Below, piece by piece: positions 42,221 to 54,025 of a stretch of 64,000 nucleotides of DNA (position 1 is its first letter; each line of letters opens with the position of its first letter). Below the pieces are notes generated by a model. That model did no database searches, was not told where the DNA came from, and saw only the letters and a program-made list of their open reading frames with translations. The stretch is from an uncultured Gammaproteobacteria bacterium (lineage in GTDB: Bacteria > Patescibacteriota > Patescibacteriia > UBA9570 > JBBTWU01): contig CAYIMB010000001.1 of assembly GCA_964364425.1 (NCBI GenBank), positions 6,941-70,940 on the forward strand, given 5' to 3'. Position numbers and translations under genes: made by a program.

Positions 42221-42814
42221 ATGAAAGAATCAAGACGATTAGCTCGCGTAGGTATGGCAGCCTTGGGTTTAGCAGCCGCCGGTGCGCCCGGTCAGGCAGA
42301 AGCCGGTATCACTCATAAGAAACCCGGAATGGAAACACACCAAATAGCTGATGTGGTTGCTCCGGTTGACCATGAAACCAGAAAGCTCATGGAAAAATGG
42401 GGCATTGATTTTAATGGCAGAGAAATTCGGTTGAAGCTTGATCCTAGAGATGACGGAAGACCCTTGGTCGCCGGAGAACCAAATGCTGTTGTACAAGTTT
42501 CACATGTCGGAAATGACAAAGTTGTATTCCGTTTTGTTGAGCGTGATGGGGGAGTTGGATCAGTCTCTATTGTACGAGGATATGAGGCAGGTTCATTTGA
42601 ATTCGATTTGAATGTCAGTCAAGGCCACCCACGTAGTGGGTCCGTTGAACAAGGGCTTGGTAAGCATACCTATGGAGAGTACGGAAAGGTTCGAGTGTTT
42701 GGGATGCATACGCATAAACCACCGTCTGATCCTGGAATGAAATGGTATTATCATAACCCTAAAGGAGAAGAGAAAGAGGGTTGGTGGTACCAGGCGCGTG
42801 AGGGCTCAAGATAA
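42221..42814 (+). CDS. Hypothetical secreted protein (197 aa) with C-terminal GMHT...PGMKWYY...G..WY motif
   Basis: N-terminal signal-like sequence (SRRLARVGMAALGLAAAGAPGQAEA). Confidence 0.6.
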   Translation: MKESRRLARVGMAALGLAAAGAPGQAEAGITHKKPGMETHQIADVVAPVDHETRKLMEKWGIDFNGREIRLKLDPRDDGRPLVAGEPNAVVQVSHVGNDKVVFRFVERDGGVGSVSIVRGYEAGSFEFDLNVSQGHPRSGSVEQGLGKHTYGEYGKVRVFGMHTHKPPSDPGMKWYYHNPKGEEKEGWWYQAREGSR

Positions 42815-42840
42815 AATCCAAATCAGTCTATAATCAGCAG

Positions 42841-42864
42841 AACGCCCGCTCCTGGGCGTTTTTG
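42841..42864 (+). terminator. Rho-independent terminator
   Basis: Reads AACGCCC-gctcct-GGGCGTT followed by TTTT. Confidence 0.65.
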
Positions 42865-42986
42865 ATGTGACTTATACTGTTTTTTTGGGTATATCAGGCC
42901 TGACCCCTTGATTTTATATCGATTTTCAGCTATTATCTCTGGCCATCATGGAAGGAATTCCGTGCTCTGCAACCCAGGAGACTCCC

Positions 42987-43244
42987 ATGTTGCAACCCCT
43001 CATGTTTCTTGTCCTCGTCATGGGGCTGTTCGCCGCCCCGTCCACCGCCAACGCCCGGCCGCCCAAGCACCACCAGGCGGCGGCGAGTCACCACGTCCGC
43101 GCCTACGGCCACCACCGCCCGCCCCCGACCCGCATCTACGGCATGCACACCCCGCTGCCCATCCCGCCCGCGGGCATGAAGTGGTACTACAAGGACGGGT
43201 CCAAGGGCCACTACTGGTACCTGGCCCCGGCGCCGGCCTACTAG
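42987..43244 (+). CDS. Small secreted protein (85 aa), paralog of the C-terminus of 42221-42814, encoded with near-100 % GC3 codons
   Basis: AGGAG Shine-Dalgarno 6 nt upstream of the ATG. Signal peptide MLQPLMFLVLVMGLFAAPSTANA, His-rich middle, C-terminal GMHTPLPIPPAGMKWYYKDGSKGHYWY. Confidence 0.6.
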   Translation: MLQPLMFLVLVMGLFAAPSTANARPPKHHQAAASHHVRAYGHHRPPPTRIYGMHTPLPIPPAGMKWYYKDGSKGHYWYLAPAPAY

Positions 43245-43375
43245 GGCCAGCCTGTCCAGCCCACATCCCGCTGCACCTTGCCATGTTGCGGGTCGAATGG
43301 AGCTTCTTCGGAAGCACCTTCGGCCCGCACCTCGTCTCTCTTTTCAAATATACAACAAACCTTTATCATGCCTCC

Positions 43376-45577
43376 ATGCAAGACCAAGTCATTCTCAAAT
43401 TACGCTTTCCCTTTGAAGACGCTTTGCGAGACCCAGTTGAACGTGTGGGAAAATTTGAGTCATTTTTTTACAACGTGTTTCATTTGATGCTCAAGCGCGG
43501 TGAAGTCATGTCATTTGAAATTGTGCAGATTAACGGGATCATGGATTTTTATATTGTGGCACCACGTATTTTGGTTCCCGCAGTACAATCTTTTCTGTAC
43601 GGTGTGATGCCAGATGCTTCTATTGATGAAGTGCAAACCTATGAACACCTTGATGCACTTCCATCTCAAGCCGTTGGGTTTCACCCGCGCTTAAAAGGAA
43701 GTGAAGCCTTCAGCTTACGATCATTCCGTTCCTCAGCCGGGGATCCGTTAAACGCATTTTTTAATTTACTGTCGGCTGTCCCTTCAACCGACGCAGTGTT
43801 TTATCAAGTCTTAGTCCGCACCATTGACGAGTCTTTAACTGGAGAAGAGGGGACAAGTGTGTATGGCTTTACAGAAAAACAAGAAACGGAAGAAGCGAAA
43901 CCAAAGTTCAGCACCACGGTGCGTATGTTGTACTTTCCTCAAGACGCTGAAGATATTAAAACGCGTAGCTTGTCATTTGAAAACGTGTTTAGCCCATTCT
44001 CTACAGAACACAATCATATTGAAGTACAAACCGTGGCCAACATTCAACAGTTTGTAGATGAATATTTCCGGCGCACAGAACAGGCGACTGGTGTGTTTAC
44101 CACAGAAGAAATCGCGTCCTTTTTCCACTCACCGGATCCAGCCGCAAAAATCCGTGGTGTGAACTGGTTGTATTCAAGACGAGCTGAACCACCTATGAAT
44201 CTGCCTTCCTTGAAGAACTGTGAGGAAGATGAATTGTCCATGTTTGGTGAAACCAACTTTCGCGGTCAGCAATTAGAATTTGGAGTGAAGCGGGAAGACC
44301 GTAGACGGCATTTGTATATTGTGGGTAAGAGCGGTACGGGTAAATCGAAGTTATTGGAGAAACTGATTAGTGACGATATTAAGGCAGGTAAAGGGGTGTG
44401 CGTCATAGACCCGCACGGTGACTTGATTCAAGCCTTGTTGTATCACATTCCGCAAGAACGCGTAGAGGATTTGGTGTATTTTAATCCTGCGGACTTGGAT
44501 TTTCCCATTGCGTTTAATCCCATTGCCAACGTGACCCGAGAGTTCAAGCAACAGGTGGCGCAAGGCATGATTGAAATTTTCAAGAAATTTTTTGGTGCGG
44601 ACTGGAGTCCCAAGATTGAACACGTGTTCCGCTTTACTGTTTTGGCCTTGTTGGATTATAAGAAAGCCACGTTGATGGGTATGCAGAAAATGTTGACCGA
44701 CCGACCATACCGCCAAAGTGTCATTTCAGAAATTCAAGATCATGTGGTTAAAAAATTCTGGGCCAATGAATTTTCTAGTTGGTCAGAAAAATTTGATAAT
44801 GAAGCTATTGTGCCTTTGGTGAACAAATTAGGACAGTTTTTGGCAAATGAGATGGTGCGCAACATAGTCTCACAAACTCAAAATAAGATTGACTTTGATG
44901 ATATTATGAATAACCAACGGATTCTGTTGGTTGAATTATCTAAAGGAAAATTGGGTGAAGAGAATTCTGCTTTACTTGGTTCTTTGATTATCACCAAGAT
45001 TGAACAAGCTGGTATGGCACGGGCCTTTGTTTCGGCTCAAGAACGTAAGGACTTCTACCTGTATGTAGATGAGTTCCAAAATTTTGCCACCAAAACGTTT
45101 GATAACATTTTGTCTGAGGCCCGTAAGTATAAACTCAACCTCACCATCTCACATCAATACTTAGGACAACTCTTAAGCTCTACCCGTGAGACGGTGTTTG
45201 GAAACGTTGGTTCTATTATTACTTTCCGTTTAGGCGCAGAAGATGCCGGATATATTGCCAATGAGTTTACTCCACGCTTTACGGCCTATGATGTGATGAA
45301 CCTATCTGTACGAGAAATGTACGTCAAAATGTCCATTGCTGGTGTAGTGGCGCCGCCTTTCTCGGCTCGTACCATGAATGTAGAAGACCCAGAATTTAAT
45401 GAGACCATGCACAATCGTCTGATTGAAGCTTCCCGGAATAAGTATGCAACCCCACTGGCTGAGGTGGAAGCTGAGATTGCCGGAATTGATCAGATAGTTG
45501 TCAGTTCTAATGGAACGGGCAAGCTGGCGGCGCAAGCGGAGTCAACAGATACCGTATTTGAGGCACCTCTGGTGTAA
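43376..45577 (+). CDS. VirD4/TraG-like (AAA_10 superfamily) coupling-type ATPase with no N-terminal TM anchor (alternative start at 43283)
   Basis: Walker A motif VGKSGTGKSKL, VIDPHGD, Walker B motif LYVDEFQNF, and the TISHQYLGQL motif (Q-S/H-x-x-QL). No hydrophobic N-terminal helices. Confidence 0.6.
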   Translation: MQDQVILKLRFPFEDALRDPVERVGKFESFFYNVFHLMLKRGEVMSFEIVQINGIMDFYIVAPRILVPAVQSFLYGVMPDASIDEVQTYEHLDALPSQAVGFHPRLKGSEAFSLRSFRSSAGDPLNAFFNLLSAVPSTDAVFYQVLVRTIDESLTGEEGTSVYGFTEKQETEEAKPKFSTTVRMLYFPQDAEDIKTRSLSFENVFSPFSTEHNHIEVQTVANIQQFVDEYFRRTEQATGVFTTEEIASFFHSPDPAAKIRGVNWLYSRRAEPPMNLPSLKNCEEDELSMFGETNFRGQQLEFGVKREDRRRHLYIVGKSGTGKSKLLEKLISDDIKAGKGVCVIDPHGDLIQALLYHIPQERVEDLVYFNPADLDFPIAFNPIANVTREFKQQVAQGMIEIFKKFFGADWSPKIEHVFRFTVLALLDYKKATLMGMQKMLTDRPYRQSVISEIQDHVVKKFWANEFSSWSEKFDNEAIVPLVNKLGQFLANEMVRNIVSQTQNKIDFDDIMNNQRILLVELSKGKLGEENSALLGSLIITKIEQAGMARAFVSAQERKDFYLYVDEFQNFATKTFDNILSEARKYKLNLTISHQYLGQLLSSTRETVFGNVGSIITFRLGAEDAGYIANEFTPRFTAYDVMNLSVREMYVKMSIAGVVAPPFSARTMNVEDPEFNETMHNRLIEASRNKYATPLAEVEAEIAGIDQIVVSSNGTGKLAAQAESTDTVFEAPLV

Positions 45578-45604
45578 ATCGAACTGGTCTGATACTGTTT
45601 TGGC

Positions 45605-47359
45605 ATGTCCACTTGCCAAAATTGTCATACGAATTTTCCTATCACGCAGCGTGAAGCGGACTTTCACGCCCGCTTATCTGTTCCAGCCCCAACTTGGTGT
45701 TTTGAATGCCGTTTGCAACGGAAAATGATGTTCCGGAATTATCAAAACCTATCTCGTCAGAAGTGCTTGAAGTGTGGGAAAGAAATAATTTCCATGTTTT
45801 CTGAACAGAGCCCAGTCACGGTCTGGTGTTCAGATTGTTTTGTTTCGGACACTTGGGAGGCCCAAGACTTTGCGTTGGAGGTTGATTTCTCAAGACCATT
45901 TTTATCTCAAGTCCGTGAACTGATGCAGACTGTTCCTCAACAACATTTGAACCAAAAGCAGAATGAAAATAGTCCTTGGAACAACCACCAAAGTCAGAGT
46001 AAAAATTGTTACATGAATTTTGGTGGAATAGCTAATGAAGATGGAGCTTACAACCATTGGTCTGGCTTCACAGCCAACTGTTTGGATAACTATGCCCTGC
46101 TGAATTCACAGGTCTGTTATGAAACAAACTTAGTGACTGAATGTTACCAAACATTTTTTTCCCATTTTGTTTTTAACTCGCATGAAGTGTATTTTTCTGA
46201 AAATTGTTTTAACTCTTCCAACATCATTGGCTGCTTCAATTTAAAAAGTAAATCGTATCATATTATTAATCAACCGGTGGCTCCGGATGAATTTAGACAA
46301 GAATTGAAGAAACTCCGCAGTTACGCCTACCAGCAAGAGTTCAAACAACGGTTTTGTGCTTTCAAGCTCACTCAACCATATCCTGCCGTTCACCATGTGG
46401 CCACCACTGATTCTACCGGCGACTATTTGGTCCGGAGCCATAATAATGTCAACATTTTTACTGCGGTTGAAGTTCAAAATTGCACTAATGCCTTCAGTGT
46501 TGGCTTTATAAAGGATTGTATGGATATGTTTTCCAGTAGTTTGGGGACGGAGTTATGTTATGAGTATGGTGGTGATGGCCAGAAATGCTATAAGGTACTT
46601 TTTTCTTTTGATTGTGAACAATCTCAGGACTTATTCTATAGCTATCATTGTTTTAATTGCTCTGATTGTTTTGGCTGCGTTGGTCTGAAAAATAAACAAT
46701 ATTGTATTTTGAACAAGCAATATAGCAAAGAGGAGTACCAAGCGTTGCTGCCAAAATTAAAACAGCACATGGGTAATCTCCCATATACAGATGCCAAGGG
46801 GAGAGTCTATCCGTTTGGAGAATTTTTTCCGGGAGAACTCTCGTCTTTTCCCTATAATGACAGCATTGCACAAGATTTTTATCCCCTCACGGCTGAACAA
46901 GCTCAAACACAAGGCATGAGATGGCGGCCAGAAAAATCAGCTCAGTATACTCCAACCGTTCAAGCCACTAACTTACCAGATCAGATTGACCAGGTACCAG
47001 ACTCCATCTTAAAAGAGATTATAGCCTGCGAACATGAAGGAACCTGTAGTGACCACTGCACCCGGGTGTTTCCTATTATTCCCATGGAGCTGGAATTTTT
47101 GAGAACCTACGGGATGCCCCTGCCTCACCTCTGCCCAAATTGTAGACACATCAGGCGGGTGAAACAAAAGAACTCTATGAAACTGTGGGAACGAGCATGC
47201 CAATGCGCTGGCACCACTAGCCAAAGCAAAGCCTACCAGAACCAGGTTGCTCATGATCATAGGGCTTCCGCCTGTCCGCGCGTGTTTTCCACCACCTACG
47301 CCCCAGAACGGCTGGAGATGATTTACTGCCAAGAATGCTACCAGGCGGAAGTGGTCTAG
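45605..47359 (+). CDS. Cysteine-rich repeat protein flanked by zinc-ribbon-like CxxC pairs
   Basis: CxxC pairs at both termini. The centre is a ~11-13-aa periodic C-[YF]-x-N/x ladder (NCYMNF, NCLDNY, VCYETN, ECYQTF, NCFNSS, GCFNLK, NCTNAF, DCMDMF, LCYEYG, KCYKVL, HCFNCS, DCFGCV). Confidence 0.55.
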   Translation: MSTCQNCHTNFPITQREADFHARLSVPAPTWCFECRLQRKMMFRNYQNLSRQKCLKCGKEIISMFSEQSPVTVWCSDCFVSDTWEAQDFALEVDFSRPFLSQVRELMQTVPQQHLNQKQNENSPWNNHQSQSKNCYMNFGGIANEDGAYNHWSGFTANCLDNYALLNSQVCYETNLVTECYQTFFSHFVFNSHEVYFSENCFNSSNIIGCFNLKSKSYHIINQPVAPDEFRQELKKLRSYAYQQEFKQRFCAFKLTQPYPAVHHVATTDSTGDYLVRSHNNVNIFTAVEVQNCTNAFSVGFIKDCMDMFSSSLGTELCYEYGGDGQKCYKVLFSFDCEQSQDLFYSYHCFNCSDCFGCVGLKNKQYCILNKQYSKEEYQALLPKLKQHMGNLPYTDAKGRVYPFGEFFPGELSSFPYNDSIAQDFYPLTAEQAQTQGMRWRPEKSAQYTPTVQATNLPDQIDQVPDSILKEIIACEHEGTCSDHCTRVFPIIPMELEFLRTYGMPLPHLCPNCRHIRRVKQKNSMKLWERACQCAGTTSQSKAYQNQVAHDHRASACPRVFSTTYAPERLEMIYCQECYQAEVV

Positions 47360-47417
47360 GGAAAATCGAAACACCCAATCCTTCCCAACTTAGCTAAAAA
47401 TCAGTATAATTTTTGGC

Positions 47418-47858
47418 ATGTCTTTACCCCGTTTTTTGTTTTTCACCGCAGTTGGTACGCTGGTGTGTATATTGGCCTGGTTGTTTGTGTTGTTTTTTAT
47501 AGATCCGACTCAGGGTGGGGCCATTGGACCCACATTATTTTTCATCAGTCTCTACTTAAGCGTATTTGGAATATTTCTCTTGATTGGCTTCTTTATCCGC
47601 TTAATCATTCACAAACAAGAGCCTCCCTTCCACCATGTTGCTATCTCCTTGCGCCAATCCTTTTGGCTCGCTACTCTGCTGGTACTCTCCTTAATCCTCC
47701 AGTGGAACGGTCTATTTGAATGGTGGATAGGAGTCCTGCTAGTTATAGGCTTCTCTGTACTTGAAGCATTTTTCCTCTCCCGGGCTGTGGATAAACGTTC
47801 CAAGCGTCGTCCAGTCCATCACCCTCAATCCCACGAAATTGAACACCCAGTCAACTAA
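47418..47858 (+). CDS. Hypothetical 4-TM membrane protein
   Basis: Hydrophobic helices; TATAAT 9 nt upstream of the ATG. Confidence 0.5.
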   Translation: MSLPRFLFFTAVGTLVCILAWLFVLFFIDPTQGGAIGPTLFFISLYLSVFGIFLLIGFFIRLIIHKQEPPFHHVAISLRQSFWLATLLVLSLILQWNGLFEWWIGVLLVIGFSVLEAFFLSRAVDKRSKRRPVHHPQSHEIEHPVN

Positions 47859-47859
47859 T

Positions 47860-48879
47860 ATGTACGAAAAAGAAATAGAACAAGCCAAAGAGCAATTGCG
47901 AAAAATTGATTCCCCGCAGACGTTGGAAGAGTTTCGTGTGAGATGGTTGGGACGCAAAGACGGCATGGTGACCCAAGCCATGAAGAAGATTGCTGAGTTG
48001 CCAAAACAAGAACGGGCGGAGGCGGGGCAGTCAGCAAATCGATTTAAAAGTATCATTGAAACCGAATTTGAGTTAGTCAAACAACAACTGGAGCAAGCCA
48101 CGCACAAACAAACGGTGGTAGACCCAACCTGGCCAGGAACAGTTCCACCCTCTGGCTCCATTCACCCGGTGACTCAAATGATTTTCAAAATCTGGGAAGT
48201 GTTCTCTGATATGAATTTTAAAATCTGTGAGGGTCCTGAAATAGAAACAGACTGGAACAACTTTGAAGCGTTGAATGTCCCAAAGCATCATCCAGCTCGG
48301 GATATGCAGGATACCTTTTATACCCCAGGCGGATTTTTGTTGCGCACACATACCACGGCAACGAACGCAAGGGTCATTCTTGGGGAACAGAGAAAGTCAC
48401 CGATTCGGATTTTATCAACGGGTAAATGTTACCGGCGTGATTCTTCCTTGCGGCATAGTCCTATGTTTCATCAATTTGACGGGGTGATGATTGATAAGGA
48501 TATTTCAATGAGTAACCTCAAGTGGACTTTAGAAGTTGCCTTATCAAAGACATTGGAGCAGGAGATAAAAGTTCGCTTACGCTATTCATATTTTCCGTTT
48601 GTTGAGCCTGGAGCAGAATTTGATGTGACCTGTACCATTTGTGCCGGCTCAGGTTGCGCGGTATGTAAGCACTCAGGTTGGTTGGAATTAGGTGGTTGCG
48701 GCATGTTGCATCCTAATGTGTTGCGTAATTTGGGCTTGGATCCAAAAGAAGTGCAAGGATGGGCCTTTGGATTCGGGATTGAGCGGCCTATGATGATTAA
48801 ACACCGTATTCCAAACATCCGCCTCTTCTTTGATAATGACCCGCGCTTCTTATCTCAATTTCAAGCACCATCTGTATGA
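47860..48879 (+). CDS. pheS: Phenylalanyl-tRNA synthetase alpha subunit
   Basis: Class II motifs (FRxxYFPFxEPGAE). The ATG at 47860 is preferred over the ORF-track start at 47761. Confidence 0.9.
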   Translation: MYEKEIEQAKEQLRKIDSPQTLEEFRVRWLGRKDGMVTQAMKKIAELPKQERAEAGQSANRFKSIIETEFELVKQQLEQATHKQTVVDPTWPGTVPPSGSIHPVTQMIFKIWEVFSDMNFKICEGPEIETDWNNFEALNVPKHHPARDMQDTFYTPGGFLLRTHTTATNARVILGEQRKSPIRILSTGKCYRRDSSLRHSPMFHQFDGVMIDKDISMSNLKWTLEVALSKTLEQEIKVRLRYSYFPFVEPGAEFDVTCTICAGSGCAVCKHSGWLELGGCGMLHPNVLRNLGLDPKEVQGWAFGFGIERPMMIKHRIPNIRLFFDNDPRFLSQFQAPSV

Positions 48880-51254
48880 AAGTAATTCAATCTTGGTTAG
48901 CTGATTACATCCTACGCTTCAATATCTCACCTGAAAAATTGAGCGCTTTACTGACGGCGCGAGCGGTGGAGGTGGATGAAGTCCTTGATCTCAAAGATAA
49001 ACTTCAATCCATTGTGGTGGGAAAAATTCTGACCATGGAAAAGCATCCAAATGCTGCCCGTTTACGCGTGGCTAAAGTCAGTCTTGGAGCTAAACGGTTA
49101 TCTATTGTATGTGGTGCGCCAAATATATACGCCGGAATGTACGTGGCTGTGGCTCAACCCGGTGCTCATGTGGTGGATATGCAGAGCGGGGAGTGGAAAC
49201 AACTTGAGGCAGCCACTATCCGTGGTGTAGCCAGTGAAGGGATGATTGTGGGAGCAGATGAGTTGGCTTTGGCGACTGGAGCAGCTGCGCAGAATGAACG
49301 ACTGGTCATGGACTTAACTGAGGTGGCAAAAGATACTCACGTAGGGAAATCAATTGTCTCTGTACTAGATGTTTCCCCGGTATACGACTTGGATGTGTTG
49401 GCCAATAGACCAGACTTGATGAGTCACCGCGGTGTGGCCAAAGAAATTGCAGGCTTGTTGAAATTGAAATATACCGAACCAACGTTGTCGCTTCCAAAAG
49501 CACGTAGTAAAAAAGCCCCAATCACCATTCAAATTCAGGCTAAACGGTTAGTTCCACGGTATGCTGGCTTGGTGCTGAGTGGAGTGAAGTTTCAACCGTC
49601 ACCACTCTGGATGCAACACCGATTGCGTCGTGCTGGCATTAGGCCAATTAATCTGGTCGTAGATGTGACCAACTACGTTATGTTGGATGTGGGGCAACCT
49701 CTGCACGCTTTTGATTTGGACAAAGTGGTGAAATTCATGAGAGTGAGAGAGTCTAAAAAAGGGGAGAAGCTGATGACTTTAGATGGCAAGCAACATGAGC
49801 TTCCACCGGGAGCTATAGTGATTGAAGATGGTAGCGGTTTGATTGATTTGGCTGGAATTATGGGCGGACAGTCCAGCATGATCACTGACCAAACTCAAAG
49901 AATTTTCATACAAGCAGCGGTGTTTAGTCCTGAACGTGTGCGCATGACTTCTCGGGCACTGGGACACCGCACAGAAGCTTCAGGTCGATATGAAAAAGGT
50001 GTTTCACCAGTATTAGTGGATCAAGCCTTACAACTGGCCTATGACTTATTGCACCGCCTGATGCCATCCGTGCAGTTGGAATCTATGGTTGATATCAAGC
50101 AGCCGGTCAGTGCTCCAGTGCAGGTTGTTATACGCACAGCTAAAACCAATTCACTCTTGGGCTCTAGAGTCACCCCTCAACAGATTGAAACAGTCATAAA
50201 GACTTTAGGGTTTACTGTATTGAAGAAAACCCAAGATAGTTTAAAGGTTCGTCCACCGCTCCACCGCTTAGATGTGAAGATTGAAGAAGACGTGATTGAA
50301 GAAGTTGGACGCTACATGGATTATAACTCCTTGCCTAAAACCGGACCTGTCCTACAACTTGAACCAGCCCCAACTACAGACGCCATTCGTTTGCGGCCAA
50401 TGATTTTTTCTACACTGGCTACTGCAGGCTGGACTGAAGTGATGCAGTTGTCGTTCACCAATGCGCAGCATATAAAACTTACCGGAAAGACGGAAAAGGA
50501 ATATATGCGTCTGGTCAATCCCATGAGCGAAGATCAAGCATTCATGCGTTCTGAGTTGTTGTCTACGTTAGTTACTTTGGCCAAGAAACACCTACGTCTA
50601 GGAACTACTCCAAAAATCTTTGAACTCGCCAAGGTATTTATTGCCCAGGGAACAGACTGGGCAGAAATTCCGCACCTGGCTGGCATGACTGTAGGCAAAG
50701 ACAGCTTTGCTCAGGTAAAGGGGGGTGCTGAGGCGCTACTGAAACGCCTACATATAGACCAAGTAAGGTTTGAACCAGCAACTCACTGGGCTTTTTATCC
50801 AGATACTTGTCTCAGTCTTAAGCTCGGAAAGGAATCAATAGGAACTATTGGCCAAATTAATCCAGAACTAGCTAAACAACTAGGAGTAGATCAACCTTGT
50901 GCCGGGTTTGAGTTATCTTATGATCAACTTATTCACTTAACTTCACCTCGCTTTGCTTATCAAGATATCCCAGTCTTCCCCAACATCATTTTAGATATTT
51001 CAGTGATCATTCCTGAGAACATCCAGTGGAAAGCGGTAGAAGAAGTGGTGCGGAATTTCGGCGGGGAGTTTTTATCTGAAGTAAAACCTTTTGATATTTA
51101 TACTGGAGATCCCATTCCGAAGGGTAAAAAGAACCTCGCTTTCAGGGTAGAATTTCAGGCCAAAGACAGAACGTTGGAGATGTCGGAAGCGGAAAACGCC
51201 AGAACTCAAATTGTGGCCCAGTTGAACCAAAAATGGGGTGCAAATTTGCGCTAA
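48876..51254 (+). CDS. pheT: Phenylalanyl-tRNA synthetase beta subunit
   Basis: tRNA-binding N-terminus, B3/B4 and B5 domains, 792 aa, overlaps pheS by 4 nt. Confidence 0.9.
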   Translation: MKVIQSWLADYILRFNISPEKLSALLTARAVEVDEVLDLKDKLQSIVVGKILTMEKHPNAARLRVAKVSLGAKRLSIVCGAPNIYAGMYVAVAQPGAHVVDMQSGEWKQLEAATIRGVASEGMIVGADELALATGAAAQNERLVMDLTEVAKDTHVGKSIVSVLDVSPVYDLDVLANRPDLMSHRGVAKEIAGLLKLKYTEPTLSLPKARSKKAPITIQIQAKRLVPRYAGLVLSGVKFQPSPLWMQHRLRRAGIRPINLVVDVTNYVMLDVGQPLHAFDLDKVVKFMRVRESKKGEKLMTLDGKQHELPPGAIVIEDGSGLIDLAGIMGGQSSMITDQTQRIFIQAAVFSPERVRMTSRALGHRTEASGRYEKGVSPVLVDQALQLAYDLLHRLMPSVQLESMVDIKQPVSAPVQVVIRTAKTNSLLGSRVTPQQIETVIKTLGFTVLKKTQDSLKVRPPLHRLDVKIEEDVIEEVGRYMDYNSLPKTGPVLQLEPAPTTDAIRLRPMIFSTLATAGWTEVMQLSFTNAQHIKLTGKTEKEYMRLVNPMSEDQAFMRSELLSTLVTLAKKHLRLGTTPKIFELAKVFIAQGTDWAEIPHLAGMTVGKDSFAQVKGGAEALLKRLHIDQVRFEPATHWAFYPDTCLSLKLGKESIGTIGQINPELAKQLGVDQPCAGFELSYDQLIHLTSPRFAYQDIPVFPNIILDISVIIPENIQWKAVEEVVRNFGGEFLSEVKPFDIYTGDPIPKGKKNLAFRVEFQAKDRTLEMSEAENARTQIVAQLNQKWGANLR

Positions 51255-51285
51255 GGTTAGCTGAAAAATGTACATCGAACTGGAC

Positions 51286-54011
<2,726 letters not shown>

Positions 54012-54025
54012 TACGGCTGATAGTC

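Noticed and set aside
42908-43375. N-terminal ~156 codons of the 889-aa ORF-track protein, together with the minus-strand ORFs 42933-43211 and 43018-43347
   Set aside because: They lie in the ~70 % GC island, where all frames stay open by composition. The translation is Pro/Arg/Ala-rich nonsense. The ATPase more plausibly starts at the ATG at 43376 (or 43283).
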